Below are positions 9,913-18,900 of a DNA stretch of 64,000 nucleotides, piece by piece. Source of the stretch: an uncultured delta proteobacterium (GTDB lineage: Bacteria > Desulfobacterota > Binatia > DP-6); NCBI GenBank assembly GCA_963815115.1, contig CAWFFN010000009.1:128001-192000 (forward strand), in the 5' to 3' direction. A model generated the notes under the pieces. The model saw only the letters and a list, made by a program, of their open reading frames with translations. It was not told the DNA's origin and did no database searches. Position numbers and translations under genes: made by a program. The stretch's first letter is position 1, and each line of letters begins with the position of its first letter.

Positions 9913-12311
9913 GGCCGCGAGCTTAGCGGCGCGCGTGGCGCGGGGGCAAGCTGGGTGGGCCCCGCGATCACACCCCCGGCGTGCAGCGCGGCGATCTCGT
10001 GAGGCTCGAGGCCAAGCACCTCCGCGAGCACGGCGTCGCCGTGCTCGCCGAGGAGCGGGCCCGGACCCCGCACCGCCGCCGGCGTCCCGGAGAGCAGGAA
10101 CGCCGGGCCATCGAGGCGGACCGTCGTGCCTCTGGGCGTCGGCACGTCCACGAAGTGCCCGCGCGCGCGGAGCTGGGGATCGCCGGCGCAGAGCTCGGCG
10201 GCGTTCGCCACCCGACCCGCCGCCACGCCGGCCGCCTGCAGGCGCTCCATGGCCACGTCCGCCGGCAGCGTCCGGGTCCAGGAGGCGACGTGGCGGTCGA
10301 GCTCCGTCGCGTGCGTGCCGCGTCCAGCGTGCGTGGCGAAGCGAGGATCGTCCGCCCACGCAGGATCGCCCGCCACGCGGACGAAGCGCGCCCAGCCGGC
10401 GTCGTCGAAGACGGCGATCGCGATCCAGCGATCGTCACCCGCGGACGGGTAGACTCCGTGCGGCGCGCCGGGTGCTTCCTGCGACGCATTGCCGACGGCG
10501 CTGGAGACGCCGCCGGCGACGGCGCGTTCGAGGAGCAGCGGGCCGAGCAGGCTCGCGACCGCCTCCTGCTGCGCCAGGTCGATCAAGGCGCCGGTTCCGG
10601 TGCGCCGCCGGTGCCAGAGCGCCAGAAGGACGGCGAGCGCCCCGAGATTGCCGGCCGCCAGGTCGGAGTAGGAATAGCCGAAGCCGGCGGGCGGCCGTCC
10701 CGGCTCTCCCATGAGGAGCGTGTAGCCGGTGAGCGCCTGCAGCGTCGGGCCGTAGCTCACCTTGTCACGATCGGGCCCGGTGAGGCCGTATCCCGTCATG
10801 CGCGCGCAGATCAGGTCGGGCCGCTCGGTTCGAAGCGTCGCGTGATCCAGACCCAGGTTGGACATGACGCGCGCGCTGAAGTTGTCGATGACGACGTCGG
10901 AGGCCAGCGCGAGCCGGCGAGCGAGCGCGACGCCGCGCGCGTCGCCGAGGTTCAGCACGACGCTTCGCTTGCCGCGCATGAGGGTGCCCGAGAGACCGCC
11001 CCGGCGGTTGCCGAAGTCGACGGCGTTGCGCCGCTCCACCTTGATGACGTCGGCGCCGAGGTCGGCGAGGATGCGCGTCGCGACCGGCCCGGCCACCACC
11101 CACGTGAAGTCGAGGACGCGGATTCCCGCGAGCGGGGGAGTGCCGGGGCTGGCAGACTGGCTCGCGCGCGCAGGCTCGCCGGCGGGCCACGTACCCAGGA
11201 CCGCTTCGCGATCCGCGTCGAGGCGCGGCGGCGCCGTGACGTGCCAGGGCAGATCGTCGATCCGGAAGGGCACGCCCGGAAAGCGTACCGTGCGTCCGAG
11301 GCCGGGATGCTCGATCGGGACGAAGAATCCGCGCTCGGCGAGGTGCGGATCGGACAGCAGCGCCTCGGGGGCACGAACGGCCGCGTACGGGATGCGGCGC
11401 AGCTGCGCGCCCTCGTAGAGCTCGGCGACCGTGTAGCGGGCGCCCCAGGCGTCGAGGACGGAAAAGATGCGCTCCGCCTGCTTCTGGCGCGCCATGGGCT
11501 CCTCCAGCGCCGGATCGTCGATCTCCGCGCCGAAGCCGTCCGCCTTCACCCACTCGATGAGCGAGGTCCAGTCGCCGAGCGTGCAGTGCATGACCCAGCC
11601 GTCCTTGCAGCGTCCGAGGCGGAAGAAGCGGGTCCAGTGCAGCGTGCCCTGGCGCCTGGCGACCAGGCCGGACTGGTGGAAGAGGCCGGGCACGTGCTCG
11701 AGCGAGCCCGCGACCGCCGCCTGCAGGCTGACGTCGACGTGCTGGCCGCGCCCCGTCTGCTCCCGCGAGAGAAGCGCTGCGACGATGCCGGTGGCGGCGA
11801 AGACGCCCGCCTGGTGGTACGCCTGCAACCCGAGCGATTGCAGCGGCGGCCCGTCGGCATGGCCGTTGACGGCGAGCATGCCGCCGACCGCCTGCGCCAC
11901 CAGGTCGGAAGCGTGCCAGTCGCGGTACGGTCCGCTCTGGCCGAACGGCGTGATCGAGGCGACGATCAGCCGCGGATGCCGCTCGCACAACGCGGCGGTG
12001 CCACCCGGCGGGCCGGTGTCGATGAGCACGTCCGCGCGGCCGGCGAGGTCGTCCAGGAGCGCGGCGCCGTCCGGCGTCGTGGGGTCGCAGAGCACGCTGC
12101 GCTTGCCCGCAGCGTAGAACCAGAAGAACAGACTCCGGTCCGGGGCGGAGACATTCTCCATGAACGGGGGGATGGTGCGCAGCGCGCTGCCGCCCGGCCG
12201 CTCGAGCAGCACGACGTCGGCACCGAGCCCCGCCAGCAGCCTGCCCGCGAGCGCCCCCGACTGATCGGCCAGGTCGAGCACACGCAGCCCAGTCAGGACC
12301 CCCGGCGTCAC
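9909..12311 (-). CDS. Tandem (two-domain) CaiB/BaiF family III CoA-transferase
   Basis: Two repeats of the LxGxRVLD...LADLGADVIKVE-type start and PxLGEH-type end; GTG start overlaps the upstream stop. Confidence 0.9.
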   Translation of the reverse strand: MTPGVLTGLRVLDLADQSGALAGRLLAGLGADVVLLERPGGSALRTIPPFMENVSAPDRSLFFWFYAAGKRSVLCDPTTPDGAALLDDLAGRADVLIDTGPPGGTAALCERHPRLIVASITPFGQSGPYRDWHASDLVAQAVGGMLAVNGHADGPPLQSLGLQAYHQAGVFAATGIVAALLSREQTGRGQHVDVSLQAAVAGSLEHVPGLFHQSGLVARRQGTLHWTRFFRLGRCKDGWVMHCTLGDWTSLIEWVKADGFGAEIDDPALEEPMARQKQAERIFSVLDAWGARYTVAELYEGAQLRRIPYAAVRAPEALLSDPHLAERGFFVPIEHPGLGRTVRFPGVPFRIDDLPWHVTAPPRLDADREAVLGTWPAGEPARASQSASPGTPPLAGIRVLDFTWVVAGPVATRILADLGADVIKVERRNAVDFGNRRGGLSGTLMRGKRSVVLNLGDARGVALARRLALASDVVIDNFSARVMSNLGLDHATLRTERPDLICARMTGYGLTGPDRDKVSYGPTLQALTGYTLLMGEPGRPPAGFGYSYSDLAAGNLGALAVLLALWHRRRTGTGALIDLAQQEAVASLLGPLLLERAVAGGVSSAVGNASQEAPGAPHGVYPSAGDDRWIAIAVFDDAGWARFVRVAGDPAWADDPRFATHAGRGTHATELDRHVASWTRTLPADVAMERLQAAGVAAGRVANAAELCAGDPQLRARGHFVDVPTPRGTTVRLDGPAFLLSGTPAAVRGPGPLLGEHGDAVLAEVLGLEPHEIAALHAGGVIAGPTQLAPAPRAPLSSRP

Positions 12312-13823
12312 AGCGTGATGAAGAGCTCGCGGACCGCGTCGTCGGTGAGCTGGGAGACGCTCGTCACCCGGTCGCTCAGCTGGGCGAGCGTCGCGGAGCT
12401 GCTCGAGCCGACGTCGATCAGGATCGAGAACAGCGAGAAATCGAGGCGGCGCTTCTCGCGCTCGAAGTGCTCGAGCCAGGCGGGCTGCACCTGACACTCG
12501 CCGTCGGTGATCAGCACCACGTCGCCCCGGCGATAGCGAGCCGCGGCCAGGGTGTCGAGCGCCGCGTCGAGCGGCGTCTCGAAGTCGGTGCCACCGCCCG
12601 GGAAGTACTCCGCGACGTCCAGGGCACGGTCCTCCCGGACCATGTGGTGCTCCCGCGGGTTCAAATCGAGCGTGAAGAGCGGCGTGTCGGCGGAGGAGAA
12701 GCAGACGAAGCGGAAGAGCCGGCGTTGCCGGCGCGCGATCTCGAGGAGCGTCAGCGCGACGGCCTTCGACCAGATCTCCTTCTCGCCCGCCATGGACGAC
12801 GACCCGTCCAGGCACACGATCATCGGACCGCGACCCCGGTCGTCGGCACCGCGGAGCCGATAGGTGAGGAGCTGTCCCTCGGCGAGCCGGCGCATGAGAT
12901 CCTTGCGCAGCGACGGATGGCGCAGCGCCAGCAGCTCGGGGGGCAGGAGGCGGTCGAGCGAGCCGCCCATCTCGACGGCGTACACCTCCTCGCTGGTGCG
13001 CTCGAGGCTGCGGCGGCGGAGCGCGAGCGCCTGGGCCCGCATGCGACCCACCAGCGCCGCCAGGCGGCGCAGCTTGGGATTGGTGGCGAGCCGCCGGCCG
13101 AGCTCGACCTGCCGTCCGGGGGAGTGCCTGCCACCCGCGCCCAGGCCGGCGCCCCAGCTCCGGGCCTCGGCGGTGGTCTCGGACAGCTCGCGCCGCAGGC
13201 CGGCCACGCCCGCCGGCACCGCGGCCCGGGCCCGCGAGGGGATCTCCGCCAGCCGCTCGGCGACGCGCGCGGCCTTCTGACGCAGCTCGCCCTGTGCGAC
13301 CTGCGCAGCCCGCTCGGCCTCGGCGCGCGTCTCCGGTGAGACGTCCGAGCCGTTCCAGATCCGCGAGCTCTTCGCCGCGGCGTCGCAGCTCGTCCTCGTG
13401 ACGTTCGAGGTCCCAGAGGTCGAGCAGGTCGCCGCGCGTGAGCAGGCGTTCCTCGCGCAGGAGCCCGATGATGTGCTCGCCGAGCAGCAGGGCACCCAGC
13501 CCCGCCTTGACCTCGTCGAGCTGGCTCTCGGCACGGACCGACTCGAGCAGCGGGTGGTCCCGGAGCCCGGCGAGCAGCTCGCCGTTGAGCGCCGCAGCCC
13601 CGGCCACCTCCTCGGTGTGGCGCCAGCGGGGCTCGAGCTTGTAGAGCAGGCAGAAGAGGTCCTCCAGCAGCTCGCGAGCGTGCGGCACGAGAGCCGCGCC
13701 GCGCTCGAGGAGCGCCGCCAGCGACGGCGTCTCCGCGACCAGCGACTCGAAGGTGCTGCGGTCGAAGGCGTCGCTCTCGATCCAGCAGTGCTGGCGGGGC
13801 GGGATGAGGATGGTCCGAGCCAT
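12308..13823 (-). CDS. VWA domain protein (ViaA/CoxE-like partner of the MoxR ATPase); one frameshift near 13345
   Basis: CLDGSSSM MIDAS, GGGTDF and LITDG motifs; N- and C-terminal halves lie in different frames. Confidence 0.8.
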
Positions 13824-13827
13824 GCGG

Positions 13828-14949
13828 CTACAGGCGGGCGAGCATCTCCTGCTCGATGCCGGCGATCTCGCGGCGCAGCGACTCGACCGTCTGGGTGGGA
13901 CGTCCACCCCGGCGCGCCGCGGCGAGGATGTCGTCGACCTTGTCGAGGACGGTGCGCAGCTTGGTGTGCGCCTCGAGCGCGGCCCGGTTGCGCAGGCGCG
14001 GCTCGTCCCACTCCCGGAGCGCGTAGTCCCGTAGCTCGCGCGACTGGTAGAGGAGCACCCGCACCTCGTCCTCGTAGCCGTGAAGGAGCTCGCGGATCAC
14101 CTCGCGCACGGTCTGGCGCTCGGCCGGGTCGCGCCACAGGACGTGCTCCAGGAAGGCGACGTCGCGGTCGCCGACGCCGTCGCGACCGTCCAGCCACGCA
14201 TGCGCCCGCAGCACGCCGATCGACTGCGCCCAGCGCCGGTCGGAGGCCACGACCGCGCGCCGGCCGAGCTCGCGTCGCAGATCGGCGACCGCGCGCAGCA
14301 CCTCGCCCGGCACCGTCACCGCCGCCACCCCGGCGCGCGCGTCCTCGAGGTCCGCGAGCGACAGCGTCGTGCGGGCCGCCGGCGGCTGGGCCTGGAGGAG
14401 CTTCAGGAAGCGGAAGTCCTCGCCCAGGTAGTCGACCACGAAGCGCAGCAGGAAACGGTCGTTCAGGGCGAGCAGCTCGTCGTCCTCGGGCAGCTCGTTG
14501 GACGCCCCGAAGAGCGTGAGGAGGGGAACGGGCGTGACTTCGCGCCCGTTGTGGAAGCGGCGCTCGTGCATCAGCGTGAGGACGGTGTTCAGGATCGACG
14601 AGCTGGCCTTGAACACCTCGTCGAGGAACGCGATGTGCGCCTCGGGCAGCTTGTGGGTGGTGAGGCGCCGGTAGTCGTCGGCCTCGAGCGCCTTCAGGCT
14701 GATGGCGCCGAACAGCTCCTCGGGCGTGGTGAAGCGGGTCAGCAGCCACTGGAAGTAGCGCGCACCGGTGATGCGCCGGCACACCTCGTCCGCGAGCATC
14801 GACTTGGCGGTGCCCGGCGGCCCGATGACGAGCACGTGCTGTCCCGCGAGGAGGCCGATCAGGGCGCCGTCGATCAGCTCGGCGCGCTCGAGGAAGAGCT
14901 GGCGCAGCTCGTCCCGGATGGTGCGCAGCAGGTCCCGCGGTGCCGACAC
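13828..14949 (-). CDS. MoxR/RavA-type AAA+ ATPase
   Basis: Walker A GPPGTAKS, LLTRFTTPEELFG, Walker B FLDEVFKA, ASNELP and DRF. Confidence 0.9.
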   Translation of the reverse strand: MSAPRDLLRTIRDELRQLFLERAELIDGALIGLLAGQHVLVIGPPGTAKSMLADEVCRRITGARYFQWLLTRFTTPEELFGAISLKALEADDYRRLTTHKLPEAHIAFLDEVFKASSSILNTVLTLMHERRFHNGREVTPVPLLTLFGASNELPEDDELLALNDRFLLRFVVDYLGEDFRFLKLLQAQPPAARTTLSLADLEDARAGVAAVTVPGEVLRAVADLRRELGRRAVVASDRRWAQSIGVLRAHAWLDGRDGVGDRDVAFLEHVLWRDPAERQTVREVIRELLHGYEDEVRVLLYQSRELRDYALREWDEPRLRNRAALEAHTKLRTVLDKVDDILAAARRGGRPTQTVESLRREIAGIEQEMLARL

Positions 14950-15016
14950 CTGGCGAGGATAGGGCCCGTCGCTCCGGGCCGCAACCCGCGCGACCCGCTC
15001 GGTCACCCTGTTGCAT

Positions 15017-15040
15017 TCACGTAACCAGTCGGTTACGTGA
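15017..15040. promoter_or_regulatory. Perfect palindromic operator, probable ArsR autorepression site
   Basis: TCACGTAACC-AGTC-GGTTACGTGA ending 6 bp before the ArsR ATG; TTGCAT -35-like hexamer at 15011. Confidence 0.75.
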
Positions 15041-15046
15041 CGCGAC

Positions 15047-15388
15047 ATGGCAGCCAGGGCGAACGTCGCGCTCGACCGCACCTTCGCGGCTCTCGCGGAT
15101 CCGACTCGGCGCATGCTGATCGAGCGCATCGGCCGCAAGCCGCACCGGGCCGGCGACCTGTGCCGGGGGCTGTCGATCTCGCGACCGGCCGTGTCGAAGC
15201 ACCTGCGCGTCCTGCGCGACGCCGGCCTCGTCGCCTCGGACGCGCGCGGTCGTGAGATGGTCTACCGGCTGTCGCCGGCGTCGCCCGGCATGGTGGCGGC
15301 GCGCGCGTACGTGGACCGCGTGAGCCGGCTCTGGGACGACGCGCTGGCGGCCTTCAAAGCGTTCGCGGAGCAGGAGGAACGGGAATGA
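15047..15388 (+). CDS. ArsR/SmtB family transcriptional regulator
   Basis: FAALADPTRR and ISRPAVSKHLRVLRDAGLV wHTH. Confidence 0.92.
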   Translation: MAARANVALDRTFAALADPTRRMLIERIGRKPHRAGDLCRGLSISRPAVSKHLRVLRDAGLVASDARGREMVYRLSPASPGMVAARAYVDRVSRLWDDALAAFKAFAEQEERE

Positions 15389-15810
15389 CGGTCAGGAAGT
15401 CGATCCATGTGAAGCGTTCGGTCGAGGACTCGTTCCGGCTCTTCACGCAGGACATCGGGAAATGGTGGCCGCTGAAGGAGGGTTTCTCCTTCGGAGGCGA
15501 ACGCGCCGACCAGATCCATCTCGAAGCCCGGCAGGGCGGCCGGTTCTTCGAGCGCTACACCGACGGCGAGGAGTACGACGTCGGCACGGTCACCGCCTGC
15601 TCGCCGCCGTCGCGGGTCGTGATCACGTGGAAGGCACCGGACTGGGACGGCCCGACGGAGGTCGAGGTGCGATTCAGCGCCGAGGGCGACGGCACTCGCG
15701 TCGACCTCGAGCACCGCGGCTGGGAGCGCGCCGGCGCCGCCGCGGAGAAGCAGAGCACCGGCTACGGCCAGGGCTGGGATACCGTACTCGCACGCTACGC
15801 GGCCGCCTGA
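15385..15810 (+). CDS. SRPBCC (AHSA1/START-like) domain protein
   Basis: FTQDIGKWWP, PPSRVVITW, TRVDLEHRGW and GW motifs; ATGA overlap with ArsR. Confidence 0.88.
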   Translation: MTVRKSIHVKRSVEDSFRLFTQDIGKWWPLKEGFSFGGERADQIHLEARQGGRFFERYTDGEEYDVGTVTACSPPSRVVITWKAPDWDGPTEVEVRFSAEGDGTRVDLEHRGWERAGAAAEKQSTGYGQGWDTVLARYAAA

Positions 15811-15842
15811 GCCGCCGCTTCGAACCCGAGAGGAGGATCGAG

Positions 15843-16472
15843 ATGAAGCTCCACGTCACCCCGCCGTCGCCGCGCGCCTTCAAGGCCGTGGCGGTCATGC
15901 ACCAGGTCGGAATCGAGGCCGAGCTGGTGTTCGTGAATCTGCTGAACGGCGATCACCTGAAGCCGGAGTTCGCCGCGCTCAACCCCAACCGCAAGATGCC
16001 CGTCCTCGAGGACGACGGCTTCGTGCTCTGGGAGTCGAACGCGATCATGCAGTACCTCGCGTCGAAGAAGCCGGAGTCGGACCTGTGGCCGACCGATCCC
16101 AGGCGGCAGGCCGACGTCAGCCGGTGGCAGTGCTGGGAGCTCGCCCACTGGGAGCGGGCCTGCGGCACGCTGGTCTACGAGAACTTCGTGAGGGGACGCT
16201 TCGGCCGAGGCGGCCCGGATCCGCAGGAGGTGGCGCGTGGCGAGGACGACTTCCACGTGGTGGCGCAGGTGCTGGACCAGCACCTGCGCGGCCGCGATTG
16301 GCTGGTCGGGAACGGCATGACGCTCGCCGACTTCTCCGTCGGCGCCTGGCTGACCTGCGCGGAGATCGGACGCTACCCGCTGGGCGGATACGGTGAGATC
16401 GGGCGCTGGTACCGCCGCCTGGAAGCGCTGCCGGCGTGGCAGAAGTCCATCGTCGCGCCACCGCCGGCATAG
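15843..16472 (+). CDS. Glutathione S-transferase family protein
   Basis: LNPNRKMPVLEDDGFVLWESNAIMQYL and TLADF; GAGGAGG RBS. Confidence 0.93.
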   Translation: MKLHVTPPSPRAFKAVAVMHQVGIEAELVFVNLLNGDHLKPEFAALNPNRKMPVLEDDGFVLWESNAIMQYLASKKPESDLWPTDPRRQADVSRWQCWELAHWERACGTLVYENFVRGRFGRGGPDPQEVARGEDDFHVVAQVLDQHLRGRDWLVGNGMTLADFSVGAWLTCAEIGRYPLGGYGEIGRWYRRLEALPAWQKSIVAPPPA

Positions 16473-16711
16473 AGGCTCGGCGGTCGCGCGACCGTCCCTT
16501 CAGTCGCTCATGAGCTGCATGCTGGCCGCGACGCCCGGAGCTGGAGCTCGCGAACCTCGCCTCCCAGCATCCGCCGCTCTCGCGCTGGAGCTGCGTCGTG
16601 GCCGGCAGTGAAAACCCGCCGGGTGCCGGCGGAGCGTCGGGTGGCTCGCCGCCAAGTGGAGTAGCGGCGGGCGGTTGTGAGGCGACGGACGGTCGGATAG
16701 ATCGTCCCACC

Positions 16712-16966
16712 ATGAGCGCCAAGAGCAAGGTGTCCGTGACGGTCGACCGGGAGCTGCTCCGGGAGGCCGCCCGGCTCGGTGAAGGCATGACCCGAAGCCA
16801 GCTCTTCGAGCACGCGCTTGCCGCGTGGGTGCGTCGCCAAGGTCGCGCGGAACTCGATCAGGCCATCGCACGTTACTACACCTCCTTGACGGCAGCCGAG
16901 CGGCGCGAGGACGACGACTGGGCCGCGCTGGGGGACGACACGGTCTCCCGGAGCTGGGACAGGTGA
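16712..16966 (+). CDS. Ribbon-helix-helix antitoxin (MazE/CopG-like)
   Basis: KVSVTVDRELL...TRSQLFEHAL, acidic C-terminus; overlaps the toxin start (GTGA). Confidence 0.75.
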   Translation: MSAKSKVSVTVDRELLREAARLGEGMTRSQLFEHALAAWVRRQGRAELDQAIARYYTSLTAAERREDDDWAALGDDTVSRSWDR

Positions 16967-17319
16967 GCGATCTCATCGCTTCTCCCCGCCGCGGCTTCCT
17001 GTACTGGGTCCGGATACCCGACGAGCCCGGCGGTAAGCGACGGCCGGCGCTCGTGGTGTCACCGGACGTTCGCAACCGTCTCGCCAACGACGTCATCGTG
17101 GTGCCGGTCTCGACCGTGCTCCGCGAAGCGCCCACCCACGTCCGCATGCGAGCGCGAGAGGGTGGACTTCCGCGGCCCTCGGTTGCCAAATGTGAGCAGG
17201 TCACCACCATCCGTCGCGATCGCCTCGTGCCCACGGCGCTCGGGGGAGCCGTGTCGCTCATGCGCATGGTCGAGGTCGAGAAGGCGATCCTCCGGGCGAT
17301 CGGCGTGCCGGTGTCGTGA
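16963..17319 (+). CDS. PemK/MazF family toxin (endoribonuclease)
   Basis: RRG..YWV...KRRPALVVSPD..N, VIVVPVST and SVAKCEQVTTI. Confidence 0.9.
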   Translation: MSDLIASPRRGFLYWVRIPDEPGGKRRPALVVSPDVRNRLANDVIVVPVSTVLREAPTHVRMRAREGGLPRPSVAKCEQVTTIRRDRLVPTALGGAVSLMRMVEVEKAILRAIGVPVS

Positions 17320-17495
17320 CGGCACTTCGCTCGGGCGACCCGGAGCGGGCGCTGTAGGGCCCCTGAGCCGGACGCGCGCGACGGGGACACGCCCCGGACG
17401 GTCGCGGGCATCCGCCACCACGCCCACACACCCCGAGCCCGCCGCGCCGGTCGCGGCTCGCAACCGGCGCGGGTTCGGGGCAAGATGCGGCCGCC

Positions 17496-18560
17496 ATGCC
17501 CTCGTCCTCGCTGACCCGCCGGCTGCTCCGCGACCGCAAGCGGCGCAGCGTGCTGCTCGACCTGCTGCCGCGCGTGCAGGGAGACGAGCGCACGCTCGGA
17601 CGCGAGGAGCGCCTGGTGCGCGAGATGCTGGAGACCAGCCTGAAGCTCCTGCGCGACTCCAGCGGCATCGGGGATCTGAAGCTCCTGAACGCGGCCCTCC
17701 GCGAGCTGCGGTATGCCTTCAAGGTCTTCGCGTCCTATCGCGGCATCCGCAAGGTCACCGTGTTCGGCTCGGCCCGCACGCCTCCGGGCGCGCCGGCGTA
17801 TCGCACCGCGGCGGAGTTCGCGAGCAAGATCGCCGAGCACGGCTATCTCATCATCACGGGTGGCGGACACGGCATCATGCGCGCGTGCCAGGAGGGCGCC
17901 GGACGGGATCGCAGCTTCGGCGTGAACATCAAGCTCCCGTTCGAGCAGGAGGCCAACGAGTTCATCCTGGACGATCCCAAGCTCGTCACCTTCCGCTACT
18001 TCTTCACGCGCAAGCTCATGTTCGTGAAGGAGGCCGACGCGATCGTCCTCTTCCCCGGTGGATTCGGGACCCACGACGAGGGCTACGAGGCGCTCACGCT
18101 GGCCCAGACCGGGAAGATGAAGCCGGTCCCGATCATCTTCCTCGACACGCCGCGAGGCACCTACTGGAAGAGCTGGATGCAGTACGTGAGGGATCATCTC
18201 CTCCGTCCGAAGCTCATCTCCGAAGAGGACCTGTGCCTCTTCCGGACGAGCACCAGCGTCGAGGAGGCGGTCCAGGAGATCCTCGGCTTCTATCGCGTGT
18301 ATCACTCGTCGCGCTACGTCAGCCGGCACTGGGTGATCCGGCTCGAGCGCCCCGTCGCCCCCGAGCTGTGCAACGCCCTGGCGCGCGATTTCGCTCCCCT
18401 CATCGAGACCGGGGGCATCGAGCAGTGCGGCGCGTTCCGCGAGGAGCGCGAGACGGAGCCCGAGCTGGATCACCTCCCGCGCCTCGCCTTCGTGGCCCGC
18501 CGCTCCAGCTCCTTCGGGCTCCGCCGGCGGCTCATCGACCGCCTGAACCGGGAGGGATGA
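17496..18560 (+). CDS. LOG family (TIGR00730-type) nucleotide phosphoribohydrolase
   Basis: VTVFGSART, TGGGHGIM, YFFTRKLMF and PGGFGTHDE. Confidence 0.9.
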   Translation: MPSSSLTRRLLRDRKRRSVLLDLLPRVQGDERTLGREERLVREMLETSLKLLRDSSGIGDLKLLNAALRELRYAFKVFASYRGIRKVTVFGSARTPPGAPAYRTAAEFASKIAEHGYLIITGGGHGIMRACQEGAGRDRSFGVNIKLPFEQEANEFILDDPKLVTFRYFFTRKLMFVKEADAIVLFPGGFGTHDEGYEALTLAQTGKMKPVPIIFLDTPRGTYWKSWMQYVRDHLLRPKLISEEDLCLFRTSTSVEEAVQEILGFYRVYHSSRYVSRHWVIRLERPVAPELCNALARDFAPLIETGGIEQCGAFREERETEPELDHLPRLAFVARRSSSFGLRRRLIDRLNREG

Positions 18561-18900
18561 CATGGCGGCGGGACGGCCGCCGCGGCCCGTCCCTGCGATC
18601 TGACCGCCTGCCGCGCCTGGACGTCTCCCGGGGCCAAAACGCCCGGTCGGGAGCGCTCGCGAGCCGCTCGACCGCGCGGGCTTGACGGCTTCCTTGCGGT
18701 GGGCCATTGGGCCCGGATGCGCCCGGTGGCGTCGAGTCACGGGTACCCGGCTTCGGGTGATGCCGATGGCGGGGGACCACGGTGGGACCACAGGGCCGGC
18801 GGGCGCATCCGGATCCGCCTCCGACGGTCGGGGTGCTTGGCCATGTCGAGCAAGCGTGGCATTATGCGCGCGCCTGCAGTCGGGGCGGTGGAGGAGAAGG

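Noticed and set aside
9909-13907. Apparent 1332-aa fusion of the VWA-protein N-terminus to the double CoA-transferase
   Set aside because: Product of the frameshift near 13345 plus stop-poor high-GC DNA; the intervening ~340 codons are off-frame VWA sequence.
18561-18900. 340-bp intergenic region as possible ncRNA or small ORF
   Set aside because: GC-rich hairpin potential only; no recognisable RNA family, and the small ORFs lack coding character.
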